Assembly: GCA_023249975.1 (NCBI GenBank)
Contig: JAHFBP010000004.1
Span: forward strand, 4,094 to 68,093
Reading direction: 5' to 3'
Length of the DNA stretch: 64,000 bases
DNA from: a bacterium
Lineage (GTDB): Bacteria > Babelota > Babeliae > Babelales > GCA-2401785
In this document: in pieces, positions 27,876 to 38,631 of the stretch
Layout of the letters: every line of letters starts with the position of its first letter
Numbering within the stretch: position 1 is the first letter of the stretch
Made by a program: the position numbers and the translations under genes
The notes under the pieces: model-generated
Databases searched by the model: none
Told to the model about the DNA's origin: nothing
The model's input: only the letters and a program-made list of their open reading frames with translations

Positions 27876-28673
27876 ATGCCCAATTATTTGGAACTTTTGG
27901 CTACAATTAAAAATCGTGGCGTTGTGCGGTCAGATCGCACGGGAACGGGAACTATAAGTATCCTGGGGCCACAATTAAGGTTTGATCTGGCACAAGGTTT
28001 TCCGATTTTAACGACGAAAAAAGTGTTTTTCAAGTCGGTGATAGCTGAATTGCTCTGGTTTTTGTCCGGGAGCACCAATGTTCATGATCTGCAAAAAATG
28101 AATTGTCATATTTGGGATGAATGGGCAGACAAAGAAACGGGCGAGCTGGGGCCCATTTATGGGCATCAATGGCGGTCGTGGACATCCGCTGACGGTAAAA
28201 CTATCGACCAAATTCAGAATGTAATTGATAGCATCAAGTTAGATGCGAATTCACGGCGACACATTGTCTGTTCATGGAATGTGGGTGAAATTCACAAAAT
28301 GGCGCTTCCTCCTTGCCATTGTTTGTTCCAGTTTTATGTAGCGGAGGGAAAATTGTCCTGCATGCTGTATCAACGATCGTGCGACGTCTTTTTGGGCCTT
28401 CCGTTTAATATTGCCTCATATGCTCTTTTGACGCACATGATTGCTCAGCAGTGCGACTTGCAAGTGGGGGAATTTGTATGGACGGGATGCGATGCACATC
28501 TTTATCTTAATCACATGGAGCAGGTTAATCTGCAGTTGAGCCGTGACCCTCGCACATTGCCAATATTGAGTATCAAGCGCAAGCCCAGCAGTATTTTTGA
28601 GTATGTCCCCGATGACTTTGAGTTAATTGGTTATAATCCACATGGGTATATTAAAGCTCCAATTGCGGTGTAA
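27876..28673 (+). CDS. thyA: thymidylate synthase
   Basis: MPNYLELL...DRTGTGT...[12 protein letters not shown]. The canonical start is the Met at 27876. Confidence 0.93.
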   Translation: MPNYLELLATIKNRGVVRSDRTGTGTISILGPQLRFDLAQGFPILTTKKVFFKSVIAELLWFLSGSTNVHDLQKMNCHIWDEWADKETGELGPIYGHQWRSWTSADGKTIDQIQNVIDSIKLDANSRRHIVCSWNVGEIHKMALPPCHCLFQFYVAEGKLSCMLYQRSCDVFLGLPFNIASYALLTHMIAQQCDLQVGEFVWTGCDAHLYLNHMEQVNLQLSRDPRTLPILSIKRKPSSIFEYVPDDFELIGYNPHGYIKAPIAV

Positions 28674-28675
28674 TT

Positions 28676-28942
28676 ATGAAAAAAAGCTTTGTAATAACGA
28701 TGCTGGTTTGGAGCTCTGTTTATGCGGGAAAGCCCTTTTGCAGAAGGGGCCCTGTTGATATTCACGAAAATCTAGATTTAAAAAGACAGGTTTTAATTGA
28801 CGAACTTAATCGACTTAAAGATCAGTATGCTGATTATGCGGACACTAAGTTTGATGGAACCAATGCATCATCTGCATACATCGCACAAACATTATGTATG
28901 TCAATTTATGAAATAGAACGAGAGCTTGCCGCATTGGAATAA
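28676..28942 (+). CDS. small secreted hypothetical protein
   Basis: Signal-like MKKSFVITMLVWSSVYA. Starts 2 nt after the thyA stop. Confidence 0.55.
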   Translation: MKKSFVITMLVWSSVYAGKPFCRRGPVDIHENLDLKRQVLIDELNRLKDQYADYADTKFDGTNASSAYIAQTLCMSIYEIERELAALE

Positions 28943-29050
28943 AAGGTCTTAGGTATTTCACAATGGAATTTTTTTGGGGATTTGCTACGATCAATACGGC
29001 ATGTATTGTGTGGTGTGCAGGTTGTTTAATTGATTAAGGTTGTGAAATAT

Positions 29051-29722
29051 ATGAAGAAACTATTGCTTACAGGTCTTTTTTTGTGTGGATTAAGTTCAAA
29101 TATTGTTAATGCTGGTTTACCAGATTTTTTAATGGCTCTGAAGATAGATGATCCATCCTGTGTTACTGTTTATGAAAATATTGGTTTAGCATATGATGAT
29201 GCCATATCGGCATTGAATTCTCAAAAAATTATTCCCGAAGCTTTTAATTTGATTAAAGAAGATTTTATCAAACTCATGGTATTGATAAAAGATAACAAGC
29301 GAAATGAGACTTGTTTTTTATTTAATCAAATAAAAGGTGCAATCAATTGTTGGAAACCTCGAGCAAAGCGTGTTGGCGTAACAATGTGCGATCAGGAAAC
29401 TCAAGTGTATCAAGAGGACCTTGGTATACCAAGAGCAATGGCAGCTTCAGCGGCGGTACCTTGTTCTGACGAAAATGAATGGGCTGATGAAGGTGATTGG
29501 ACTGAAGTTTCAACAATTTTTTCTAAAAAATCTGAAGAATTGAAAGCTGAGATTAAAGGTCTAAAGCAATCGATTCAGCGCTTAAAGAAAAGGTTAGCAT
29601 ATAAGCCAAACATCTTTGGGGCTACACAATTAAAGTGTAAGATTGACCAAAAACAATATGCATTGTGTCAAAAACAACTGGAGTTGATGGCATTAACTCC
29701 AGATTCAGTAGAAAATTCATAA
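29051..29722 (+). CDS. secreted hypothetical protein
   Basis: MKKLLLTGLFLCGLSSNIVNA signal peptide and a C-terminal coiled-coil-like KAEIKGLKQSIQRLKKRL. Confidence 0.6.
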   Translation: MKKLLLTGLFLCGLSSNIVNAGLPDFLMALKIDDPSCVTVYENIGLAYDDAISALNSQKIIPEAFNLIKEDFIKLMVLIKDNKRNETCFLFNQIKGAINCWKPRAKRVGVTMCDQETQVYQEDLGIPRAMAASAAVPCSDENEWADEGDWTEVSTIFSKKSEELKAEIKGLKQSIQRLKKRLAYKPNIFGATQLKCKIDQKQYALCQKQLELMALTPDSVENS

Positions 29723-29745
29723 AGTTTATGAGCATAAGGTTATTT

Positions 29746-30369
29746 ATGGATATTAAGAAGATTTTAATGAGTCTTTGTTTTCTTATGTGTATTTCGAATG
29801 TGTTACATAATATTGATTACAGCACAAAAAATGTTGTTGAACTCATTAAGAATGATGAAGTTGCGTTTATTCAAATGCCTAAAACGGTAAACTTAGAAGT
29901 AAGGCCTAGGGTAAATAGGTCCATAGCGCACCAAACTAAAAGCTTGCTCAAAATAGCTGGTGGTATGGCACGTGTAATTGGAAAAACTTTTTTTGTACTG
30001 TTAACGCCAATCTTTTCTGTGCCTGTCTTGACGACACGATTCTTTAACAAAGATGGACACAAAAAAAGAAATCGTCAGTTAAAAGCTCTTACTTGTATTC
30101 TTGGGACAGCTCTCTGCGTTGTTTCACCTATTATGTGTTCTATACAAGCAATCGTCCTTCCCCACATACTTACACAGTCAATAACTTCTTCATATTGTGC
30201 ACCTGAAGAGGATATATATGATTCGCGATGTAAGTATAAATCTTGGAAGCCCTTAGCCACAGTAATTACCTGGTTAGCATTACGAGGTATAGCACTACAG
30301 GCTTTTGGCTCAATAGCCACTGTTTATCATTCATGGTCGCAAAAAGTCTTAATATTCACTGTTGATTGA
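29746..30369 (+). CDS. multi-pass membrane hypothetical protein
   Basis: Several hydrophobic segments (ILMSLCFLMCISNVL, FFVLLTPIFSVPVL, LGTALCVVSPIMCSIQAIVL, VITWLALRGIALQAFG). The start is uncertain (29665, 29728 or 29746). Confidence 0.55.
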   Translation: MDIKKILMSLCFLMCISNVLHNIDYSTKNVVELIKNDEVAFIQMPKTVNLEVRPRVNRSIAHQTKSLLKIAGGMARVIGKTFFVLLTPIFSVPVLTTRFFNKDGHKKRNRQLKALTCILGTALCVVSPIMCSIQAIVLPHILTQSITSSYCAPEEDIYDSRCKYKSWKPLATVITWLALRGIALQAFGSIATVYHSWSQKVLIFTVD

Positions 30370-30476
30370 TCAAATTCTTATATAGAACTTGTTTTTGTAG
30401 GGTTAAATCGTTGATGGATTGTCATTCTGGGGTATGCTTATAGCTATTATGTGCACCAGGATGACAAAGGCTGAAA

Positions 30477-31535
30477 ATGGCATCTGATGAAGTTGTAGAA
30501 ATCGGCTCTGGCATAGAAATTCTAAATGCTCGAAGCAATGATGAAGAATCCATTGTCATTTCGCGCCCCAAGTCTTTTGCTGAATATCATGGGCAAGAAG
30601 AACTGAAGGGCAAGTTGAGGGTGTATGTCACAGCATGCTCACAGCGCAACGAGGCTTTGGACCACCTTTTGTTTTTTGGGCCTCCAGGGCTTGGTAAAAC
30701 AACGATTGCCCGCGTGATGGCGCATGAGTTAAATGTTCCAATCAAAGTGACCAGCGCCCCTGTTTTGGAGCGCAGTGGCGACCTTGTGGCCATTCTTTCC
30801 AATTTGCAGCCCCGAGAAATTTTATTTATCGACGAAATTCATCGTCTTCCGACCATTGTTGAAGAAACTTTGTATTCTGCCATGGAAGAATTTTGTGTCG
30901 ACATGATCATTGGCCAAGGTGCTGGAGCCCAGTCCATGCGGCTTCCACTCAATCCATTTACGCTGATTGGCGCAACCACAAAATCTTCATTAATTTCCAG
31001 TCCCTTGCGTACTCGCTTTGGGATTATTGAACGCCTTGATTTCTATTCACCCGAAGAATTAGCTCAAATTGTGATTCAGACAGGCAAGGATTGTGGCATT
31101 ACGATTGATGCAGCAGCGGCATTAGAAGTTGGCAAGCGGGCACGGGGTACGCCTCGGATTGTCAAGCGCATGACGCATCGTGTGCGTGATTATGCACAAG
31201 TTAAAGGGATTGGCGTGATTAATGCACAGATTGCGCAAGAAGCACTGACCTTTTTGGGCATAGATCAAGATGGTTTGAATAAATTAGATCGTGATTTGCT
31301 CATGTCAGTATTGCGTGATTTTGACGGCGGTCCGGTTGGTTTGGATACGTTGGCTGCAATTACCGGTGAAGATAAAGAAACGATAGAAGAAGTGTGTGAG
31401 CCGTATCTTTTGCGTCAGGGATTTTTACAAAAAACCCCTCGTGGCCGACAAATTCCATTCCAAAAACGTCCGTATTTGATGCGGCGATTTTTTGGAATGG
31501 AAACTGATATTCAGGCACAGTTATTTAAAAGTTAA
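30477..31535 (+). CDS. ruvB: Holliday junction helicase RuvB
   Basis: Walker A GPPGLGKTT, Walker B FIDEIHRL, sensor RGTPRI. Confidence 0.95.
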   Translation: MASDEVVEIGSGIEILNARSNDEESIVISRPKSFAEYHGQEELKGKLRVYVTACSQRNEALDHLLFFGPPGLGKTTIARVMAHELNVPIKVTSAPVLERSGDLVAILSNLQPREILFIDEIHRLPTIVEETLYSAMEEFCVDMIIGQGAGAQSMRLPLNPFTLIGATTKSSLISSPLRTRFGIIERLDFYSPEELAQIVIQTGKDCGITIDAAAALEVGKRARGTPRIVKRMTHRVRDYAQVKGIGVINAQIAQEALTFLGIDQDGLNKLDRDLLMSVLRDFDGGPVGLDTLAAITGEDKETIEEVCEPYLLRQGFLQKTPRGRQIPFQKRPYLMRRFFGMETDIQAQLFKS

Positions 31536-31653
31536 GAAGCCCCAATCAATTCGACAATTTTCAGTAAAATGGATAAAGTTTATGGTATGTGCTTGCGCAT
31601 GTAACATGAGATGTACGCGTCATAGATAATTATCAAAATAGAAAGATAGAGCG

Positions 31654-32370
31654 ATGTCTGGTCATTCCAAGTGGGCAAATATCAAACATAAAAAAGCAAA
31701 AGAAGATGACAAGCGCGGACGAGTTTTTACGCGTATTTCCAAAGAGATTTTGGTGGCCGCGCGTGAAGGCGGCGGTGATCCTGCGGGCAATGTGCGTTTG
31801 CGCATATTGATCGAAAAAGGTCGTGCGGTGAATATGCCCAAGGACAATATTGACCGAGCTATTAAAAAAGGTATTGGTGAGCTTGGTGGCGAGCATTACG
31901 AATCAGTAAGCTACGAAGGTTATGGCCCTTGTGGAGTTGCGGTGATTGTTGAAGTTTTGACTGAAAATAAAAATCGTACCATTTCAGATGTGCGCCATTG
32001 TTTTAGTAAACGCGGTGGAGCAATTGGTGCTGATGGATCAGTTGCGTGGATGTTCCATCACAAAGGAGTGGTGACATTTGCAGCTCCTGGTGCAAGCGAA
32101 GACGACTTGCTCGAAAAGTTTTTGGATTTGGACATTGACGAATTGATTCTTGATGACGGCATGGTCACACTTGAATGTGCCATGGATCAATTGGATACTG
32201 TTCGTTCTGGCGCAGAAAAACTTGGGTTTAAGGTTGAATCAGCTGAACTTGCGTGGATCCCACGTACTCCAGCACAATTGAACGAAGATCAAGAAAAGAT
32301 AGTTTACGATTTCCTTGATGCAGTTTCGGATGTTGAAGACGTTCAGAATGTGTATGCCAATATTGAATAA
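31654..32370 (+). CDS. yebC: YebC/PmpR family transcriptional regulator
   Basis: MSGHSKWANIKHKKAKEDDKRG. Confidence 0.92.
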   Translation: MSGHSKWANIKHKKAKEDDKRGRVFTRISKEILVAAREGGGDPAGNVRLRILIEKGRAVNMPKDNIDRAIKKGIGELGGEHYESVSYEGYGPCGVAVIVEVLTENKNRTISDVRHCFSKRGGAIGADGSVAWMFHHKGVVTFAAPGASEDDLLEKFLDLDIDELILDDGMVTLECAMDQLDTVRSGAEKLGFKVESAELAWIPRTPAQLNEDQEKIVYDFLDAVSDVEDVQNVYANIE

Positions 32371-32385
32371 GGTGTGCAATGCCGG

Positions 32386-32621
32386 CCCTTCGATACTATT
32401 TTTCTTGCGAAAAATCACTTCCTCAGTCGCTAAGGCTATGGCGGACAGGCAGGGCATGCGGGTCGTGGGGTGCATGCCGTATTAGTTAAGAAAAAAATGA
32501 GCAGATATTCTGCTGAAGAGAGCTAGTAAATTTGTTAAGTCGCAATGGGGTGGCAGGTAAAAAAATATCATCCACACCCCGCATTCCCTGAGTGTTTTGT
32601 GAAACAAAATGTATCGAAGGG
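32386..32621. repeat. palindromic intergenic repeat pair (long arm 32386-32460, short arm 32580-32621) around a ~120-nt core
   Basis: CCCTTCGATACT...CAGGGCATGCG faces CGCATTCCCTGAGTG...GTATCGAAGGG. The same arms occur at 47.5 kb and 61.0 kb. Confidence 0.85.
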
Positions 32622-32648
32622 TTTGAATTTGTAAAAAATGGAGATTAC

Positions 32649-33545
32649 ATGATACGAAGTATGACGGGGTTTGCGAGTGTCACAGTTGAAATTTCTGGCG
32701 GAAAAAATCGACCATCAGTTTCATTTATGATTGAAGTCAAAACGCTCAATGGGCGCCATTTTGAGGCAACAAGCCGTATACCATCGGGGCTTTCACATCT
32801 TGAAATTCCATTTACCGAAGTTTTGAAAGAAAAACTTGTGCGCGGTCGTGCTTTTTTGACCATTCGCAGCGCTACAGGTGAAGCTTCACTTGATCGGCCT
32901 GTGATGTCCATGGAAGTGGTCCAACAGTACATTGAAGAAGGTAATCGCATCAAGAAGCAATTCAAAGTAGGCGGTGAATTGACCATTTCCGAGATTATGC
33001 TTTTGCCGCATGTTTTTTCATTTGAACGTGTTGGATTGACCAAAGCGGACGAAAAAAAATTACTCGAAGGTTTACATGAAGTTGCTGATTTGATCACTAA
33101 AGAGCGTGATCGAGAAGGCAAGTCGCTTCAAAAAGATATTAAAGCTCGTTTTGAGCAATGTCGTAAAATTATGGTGAGCATTCGCAGTTCATTTGAAAAG
33201 TTTATGGATACGCAAAAAGATGTGGTCAAAAATATGGTGAATGAGGCAAAGCAGGGTGGCACCGCAGCGCGCAGCCAGCTTGATGATTTGTACGCCATGC
33301 TGAATAAAATTGATATTAACGAAGAAATTATTCGATTTAACAGCCATTTGAGTGCCTCAGTAAAACTTTTGTCTGATGCAAAACAAGATGAAAAGGGCCG
33401 ACGATTAGATTTTATTATTCAAGAGCTTGCGCGTGAGGCCAACACGATTACGGCAAAATGTTCCAGTTTTGATATTGGGTCGCATGCTGTTGATATTAAA
33501 GTTGAACTTGAAAAAGCGCGTGAGCAAATACAAAATATCGTATAA
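32649..33545 (+). CDS. yicC: YicC family stress-induced protein
   Basis: MIRSMTGFAS start and C-terminal EANTITAKC...VELEKAREQIQN. The track ORF start at 32592 runs into the repeat and is rejected. Confidence 0.88.
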   Translation: MIRSMTGFASVTVEISGGKNRPSVSFMIEVKTLNGRHFEATSRIPSGLSHLEIPFTEVLKEKLVRGRAFLTIRSATGEASLDRPVMSMEVVQQYIEEGNRIKKQFKVGGELTISEIMLLPHVFSFERVGLTKADEKKLLEGLHEVADLITKERDREGKSLQKDIKARFEQCRKIMVSIRSSFEKFMDTQKDVVKNMVNEAKQGGTAARSQLDDLYAMLNKIDINEEIIRFNSHLSASVKLLSDAKQDEKGRRLDFIIQELAREANTITAKCSSFDIGSHAVDIKVELEKAREQIQNIV

Positions 33546-33697
33546 CACAAGGTCCCCTCTGCATGTCTGACAAGTCCATATTGTTTTTTAGAAAAAACTG
33601 GGATAAGATCGGGCCAATCCGCAGCCAGTGTTTTTGCAAAAAATCGTGTTGATAGCAAAATAACAGGCTCTCAGCCAGTTCCAAAACAAAAGGATGC

Positions 33698-35773
33698 TTG
33701 GTGAAGAGGGGGCACAGAACTTTTTCCAAATTAGTACTGCTGCTCGCGGTTTTCATCTGCTGGCAGAATCTTGCGTTACCCGGATTTAAATTTCATGGGC
33801 AACAGGCGTCACATATTTTCAATGGCACAAGTCAGTTTCATTTGGACAACGGTGTTACCACATTCAGTGGAACACTTAATCTTGCTAGCACCTCAACGTT
33901 GATTTCTTCTGCAGGAAAAACCATAGCATTTACTGGCGGTGCATTTTTTCAAGGAAATAGTGGCGTTTTTATGCAAGGGACCATGTCAACAACAGAGTTT
34001 GTGTCTCTTACTGGAAATAAGTCATTCAATGCTGAAAAGTCAACATCATTGTCGGGGGTTAATGTTTCGGGCACAGGAAATTTGATCGACGGATCATTAA
34101 CGCTTTCTGGTGGTATTGTTATTTTAAATTCGCTTTCAAGTCTTACACTTTCTATTCAATCGAGCATGAGTCAAAATATTACCTTAAATAGCGGTACGCT
34201 GACTTTGGGAGATAGACTTCAGTTTAATGATGGAATGGCTCCTATTGGACCGGGAACAATAGATTGCCAATCTTATCAGTTGGCGTTTGGAGGAGGTTCT
34301 GGTGTTGTGTCTCTTTCAACTCCACTTGTTATTCAAAATGGAGCTTTGGTTACATTAAATGGAAATGTTGCGCTTACCAACAAATTGAGATTTGACAATA
34401 CAGGAGTATTGGAAGGCAATGGAAATGTTCTTGATATGAGTGGTGGTTCAACCCTGTGGGTACGCTCAGGAGTTGGACTTTCATTGCAAAATATTGAAAT
34501 TAGAGGTCTTGGAGGTTCTGGTGGATGGTTATTGCTTGAAGATGCAAATTCAACATTAACCTTAAAAAATGTGACTTTGCAGCTGAATGCAGCATATACC
34601 ATAACGAATGGTAAAATTTATGTTGCAGGAACAGATAGTAAAATTACCACGAGTGACAAGGTGCTTGCTTTTACTAATTTGGCAACCTTGACGGTTGATG
34701 GTGTTTCACTGATATATGACACGCTCAATACTCCAGAGGCTCAAAATATTACTCCATTTCCTGTCAATGATGTTGCCAGCGGTGTTGGAGTGAATTTAAT
34801 TAATGGAGGGCTGATCCGTTCAGTTGACAGTTGGAGTGAGGATACGGTTAACGTAGTCCTTGCAACATTAAATTTGGTGCGGAATGAGGATCTATCAGCA
34901 CAGCGTAAATTTAATTTTAATGGCAGCGGAACCGTTACAAATATGACGTGTGATGGTGGCAATTTTGTGATGCAATTTCCTCATACAGTATCATCGGTAT
35001 TGAATGTGGCCGCAGCAAAAACTGTAACATTGCAAAATGTGGTGCTTCGTGACTTTGCGCCGGGACATATTTCACTGGGTGCGGGAGCCTTCTTGTACTT
35101 TGGTTCAAATTGTGTCATTGAACTTGGTGATAATCAGGCTTTGACCACTTCATGGACTTTCAATGGTGGGTCATCAATTATTAATGGCAAGGGACTTAAT
35201 CTTGATTTGAATAATTCATTTGCTCTTGTGGTTAATCCAACCACAACTTTGCAAATCATGAATACTCGTGTGACCAATGTGGGAGGTTCAAATAACCCAA
35301 ATAATATTCGATTGGCGGGTAATACGGCAACTCTTGCATTACGCAGTAGTCAGTTGGTGTTGGCGCAAAATTGGTCATTCACGACCGGGTATATTAACTG
35401 TTTTGACAATGTTAAGCTTGAGGGGCCTGGCAATGTCTTTCAGTTTCAATCGGCCAATCCGCTGACGATTCAATCGAATGCAACATTGATGTTGGATCGT
35501 AACATTACTTTTTCATACGATTCGCTCGGCGCTTCTAAAAACAATTTGGTCTTTACAGATACTTCTTCTCGGCTGTATCTCAATGGTTGTACACTTCTTT
35601 CAACTCGTACCGGGGTCTCTTTGTCTGGAGGGATTTTGGTACTTGATGATTTGGTTACTTTCTCAAGTCAAGCATCAACTCTGGCCAATGCAATGGTTTT
35701 GAGCAGCACTTTGAACATTCAAGTTATGGCAGGAGCTGTGGCCAACGTATTTGGGTATGTTGAGTATCGTTAG
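33698..35773 (+). CDS. secreted repetitive beta-helix-like protein (adhesin/Pmp-like?), function unknown
   Basis: Signal-like FSKLVLLLAVFICWQNLALPG. 691 aa rich in G/N/S/T/L with recurring short strands (GGAFFQGNSG, SGGIVILNS, NGGLIRS, SGGILVLDD). Confidence 0.6.
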   Translation: MVKRGHRTFSKLVLLLAVFICWQNLALPGFKFHGQQASHIFNGTSQFHLDNGVTTFSGTLNLASTSTLISSAGKTIAFTGGAFFQGNSGVFMQGTMSTTEFVSLTGNKSFNAEKSTSLSGVNVSGTGNLIDGSLTLSGGIVILNSLSSLTLSIQSSMSQNITLNSGTLTLGDRLQFNDGMAPIGPGTIDCQSYQLAFGGGSGVVSLSTPLVIQNGALVTLNGNVALTNKLRFDNTGVLEGNGNVLDMSGGSTLWVRSGVGLSLQNIEIRGLGGSGGWLLLEDANSTLTLKNVTLQLNAAYTITNGKIYVAGTDSKITTSDKVLAFTNLATLTVDGVSLIYDTLNTPEAQNITPFPVNDVASGVGVNLINGGLIRSVDSWSEDTVNVVLATLNLVRNEDLSAQRKFNFNGSGTVTNMTCDGGNFVMQFPHTVSSVLNVAAAKTVTLQNVVLRDFAPGHISLGAGAFLYFGSNCVIELGDNQALTTSWTFNGGSSIINGKGLNLDLNNSFALVVNPTTTLQIMNTRVTNVGGSNNPNNIRLAGNTATLALRSSQLVLAQNWSFTTGYINCFDNVKLEGPGNVFQFQSANPLTIQSNATLMLDRNITFSYDSLGASKNNLVFTDTSSRLYLNGCTLLSTRTGVSLSGGILVLDDLVTFSSQASTLANAMVLSSTLNIQVMAGAVANVFGYVEYR

Positions 35774-35894
35774 GTCTGCAAAAACACCGTTTCATCCTTG
35801 TCTTTACGCCCAATGCGTAGTATTCTATTAATACTCATATAATAGCGATTCCATCGGGGGTTTGCTCAAAATAGAAAATTCAGGAGGATAGTGC

Positions 35895-38555
35895 GTGGCG
35901 GACAAAATCGATTCGAAAATGCCTAATATTCAATCTGTAGTGCCTCTTTCAATTGATAAAGAGCTGAGAAGTTCATTCCTTGATTATGCAATGTCGGTTA
36001 TCGTCAGCCGTGCACTTCCAGACGTACGAGACGGACTCAAGCCCGTGCATCGCAGAATTTTATATTCAATGCATACGATGGGATTGTATCACGAACGAGC
36101 TTATCGTAAATCAGCAACGGTAGTTGGGGATGTGATGGGTCATTACCACCCACATGGAGACTCTGCAATTTACCAGTCCATGGTTGGTATGGCACAATTA
36201 TTTTCAAAGCGATATCCATTGCTCGACGGCCAGGGAAACTGGGGTTCCGTTGACGGTGATAATGCTGCGGCAATGCGATACACTGAAGTTCGTATGGCTT
36301 CAATTGCGCGCGAATTGTTAACTGATATTGAAAAAAATACGGTTCTTTTTGTTCCTAACTTTGATGAATCAAAAACTGAGCCAGATCTTTTGCCGAGCAA
36401 AATCCCTAACTTGTTGATCAACGGAACAAACGGTATTGCTGTGGGTATGGCAACATCCATTCCTCCGCACAATGCGGGTGAAGTTATTGCAGCTTGCCTC
36501 GCTTTGCTCAAAGATCCAGAATTATCTGAAGAAGAATTATTCGACCTTGTTCCAGGTCCCGATTTTCCAACAGGCGGTATCATTTGTGGCCGTTCTGGAA
36601 TCTTGAAGGCTTATCGCACAGGACATGGAAATGTTGTGGTGCGTGGAGTTGTTGAGATTGAAGAAACAAGTAATAAATCTGTTTTGATTATCACCGAAAT
36701 TCCATTCCAGGTGAATAAATCAGATTTGATTAACAAAATTGCTGATCTCGTAAAAAATAAAGTTATTGAAGGTATTACCAATCTTCGTGACGAATCGTCT
36801 AATCGTGGTGGTATGCGTGTGGTGATTGATATTCGCCGTGGTGACATTCCACAGGTTATTCTCAATCAGCTTTATAAGCACACACAGCTTCAGTCTTCAA
36901 TTTCGATCATTATGTTGGCGCTCTTGAAAAATCGTCCGATGATTTTCACATTGCGTGAAGTTCTTGAACAATTTCTTGAACATCGCCGTGAAATTATTCG
37001 TCGTCGTTCTGAATTTGATCTTGATAAGAGCAAAAAACGTGAACATGTACTTCTTGGCTTGCTAACAGCTCTTGAAAACATTGATAAAGTTGTTGAATTG
37101 ATCAAAAAAGCAAGCGATGCTACCGATGCAATTTTTGTACTAGGTAATGCATTTGGGTTGAGTGAAGTTCAATCTAAGGCAATTCTTGAAATGCGCTTGC
37201 AGCGTTTGACGGGTCTTGAACAAGACAAAATTCGTGAAGAAATGACTGAGCTTAAAAAAGTGATCACTTTCCTTGAAACAATTTTGAACGATCCAGAAGT
37301 TCTCAAAGAAGAAATTCGCAAAGAGCTTGAACAGATTCACAAAACTTATTCTGATCCACGTCGTTCACGAATAGAAGCGTCAGTTGATGGAATTATGGAT
37401 ATTGACCTCATTCCTGATGAAGATGTGGTCGTGACATTAACTCAAAAAGGGTACATCAAGCGCGTCCCACTTGAAGTTTATGAAGTTCAGCATCGTGGTG
37501 GAAAAGGCAAAAAAGGCATGGCTGACTTGTCGTCAAATGACGATATTATGTTGGACTTATTTGTTGCCCGTAATCATGATGATTTACTCTTCTTTACCAA
37601 TAAGGGCCGTGTGTACACCCTGAATGTGTACAATGTTCCTGAAGGTTCTCGTACAGCCAAAGGTCGTGCCGTCATCAACTTGTTGCCATTGACTGAAGGT
37701 GAAACCGTGGTCAAGTTGTTGTGTACTCGTGATCTGCAAACGGGCTATTTGGTGATGGTGACTAAAAAAGGAACCATTAAAAAAACTGAAACCAAAGCTT
37801 TTGCAAAAGTGCGAAGTACCGGTATTCAGGCGCTCAACCTCAATGAAGGTGACGAACTTTCATTCTGCTCACTCAGTAGCGGAACTGATGACATTGTATT
37901 GATCTCAAATATGGGTCAAGGAATTCGCTTTAACGAAGAAGAAGTGCGTCCAATGGGTCGTCATGCGGCCGGGGTGCGTGGTATTCGTATGCGCGAAAAA
38001 GCCTTTGTTGTTGGACTTGAAGTTATTTCTGATGATCGTGACTTGTTGTTTGCCACATCACGTGGATATGGAAAACGTGTGCGTATTGAAGATTTCCGTG
38101 TTGCACATCGTGGTGGACTTGGAGTACGAACTATTCCAGTTGGCGCGAGAAATGGCGAAGTAATTGGTATGGCACGTGTTGCCGTTGAATCAAGTGTTCT
38201 GTTGATTGATGAAATGGGTAAAATCATTCGTCTTTCACCCGAAGAAATTCGTACCATGCGTCGTGGCGCTCAAGGTGTGCGTTTGATTCGACTTGATGAA
38301 TCGCAACGGGTTTCGACCATTGTTGCGTTTGATGAACATGAAGAAGAAGATAAAAATGGTAATTCTGCGCCTCGTCCGCTTGTTAGAGAGCCTCGGCCAG
38401 AAACAGAATTGCCGGAAGATCTTTTGGAAGAAGAATCTGATGAAGAGTTGCTCAAGGGAGACCTTGAGGCACTTGAAGGTGATTTTGAAGCTGAAGAAGA
38501 GGCTGAAGACGCCGAAGATTCAATGGATGATGAAGAAGACGAAGACAACGAATAA
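35895..38555 (+). CDS. gyrA: DNA gyrase subunit A with long acidic C-terminal tail
   Basis: [17 protein letters not shown], active-site AAMRYTEVR, beta-pinwheel CTD, then about 75 aa rich in D/E. GTG start. Confidence 0.95.
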   Translation: MADKIDSKMPNIQSVVPLSIDKELRSSFLDYAMSVIVSRALPDVRDGLKPVHRRILYSMHTMGLYHERAYRKSATVVGDVMGHYHPHGDSAIYQSMVGMAQLFSKRYPLLDGQGNWGSVDGDNAAAMRYTEVRMASIARELLTDIEKNTVLFVPNFDESKTEPDLLPSKIPNLLINGTNGIAVGMATSIPPHNAGEVIAACLALLKDPELSEEELFDLVPGPDFPTGGIICGRSGILKAYRTGHGNVVVRGVVEIEETSNKSVLIITEIPFQVNKSDLINKIADLVKNKVIEGITNLRDESSNRGGMRVVIDIRRGDIPQVILNQLYKHTQLQSSISIIMLALLKNRPMIFTLREVLEQFLEHRREIIRRRSEFDLDKSKKREHVLLGLLTALENIDKVVELIKKASDATDAIFVLGNAFGLSEVQSKAILEMRLQRLTGLEQDKIREEMTELKKVITFLETILNDPEVLKEEIRKELEQIHKTYSDPRRSRIEASVDGIMDIDLIPDEDVVVTLTQKGYIKRVPLEVYEVQHRGGKGKKGMADLSSNDDIMLDLFVARNHDDLLFFTNKGRVYTLNVYNVPEGSRTAKGRAVINLLPLTEGETVVKLLCTRDLQTGYLVMVTKKGTIKKTETKAFAKVRSTGIQALNLNEGDELSFCSLSSGTDDIVLISNMGQGIRFNEEEVRPMGRHAAGVRGIRMREKAFVVGLEVISDDRDLLFATSRGYGKRVRIEDFRVAHRGGLGVRTIPVGARNGEVIGMARVAVESSVLLIDEMGKIIRLSPEEIRTMRRGAQGVRLIRLDESQRVSTIVAFDEHEEEDKNGNSAPRPLVREPRPETELPEDLLEEESDEELLKGDLEALEGDFEAEEEAEDAEDSMDDEEDEDNE

Positions 38556-38571
38556 TATTTGTGATTAAAAT

Positions 38572-38608
38572 GAGGGGGCCTTTGTTAAAAAGGCCTCCTC
38601 GTTGTTTT
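38572..38608 (+). terminator. rho-independent terminator after gyrA
   Basis: GAGGGGGCC-loop-GGCCTCCTC (one mismatch) followed by GTTGTTTT. Confidence 0.6.
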
Positions 38609-38631
38609 GAATAAGACTATGGTGGTTATCT

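Noticed and set aside
32239-32475. ORFs 32239..32475 and 47470..47673 share the peptide TRMPCLSAIALATEEVIF, and the mreC and yicC track ORFs have matching N-terminal extensions (FHRKIVSKG).
   Set aside because: The shared sequence is the translated long arm of the intergenic palindromic repeat. The ORFs overlap real gene ends, lack SD sequences, and the similarity stops at the repeat borders.
32645-33121. Many long antisense ORFs inside housekeeping genes, for example 32645..33121, 36170..36583, 38270..38548, 25769..26344 and 49880..50383.
   Set aside because: Each lies fully within a gene whose opposite-strand product has clear catalytic motifs. Their sequences are low-complexity mirror translations, so they were not reported as features.
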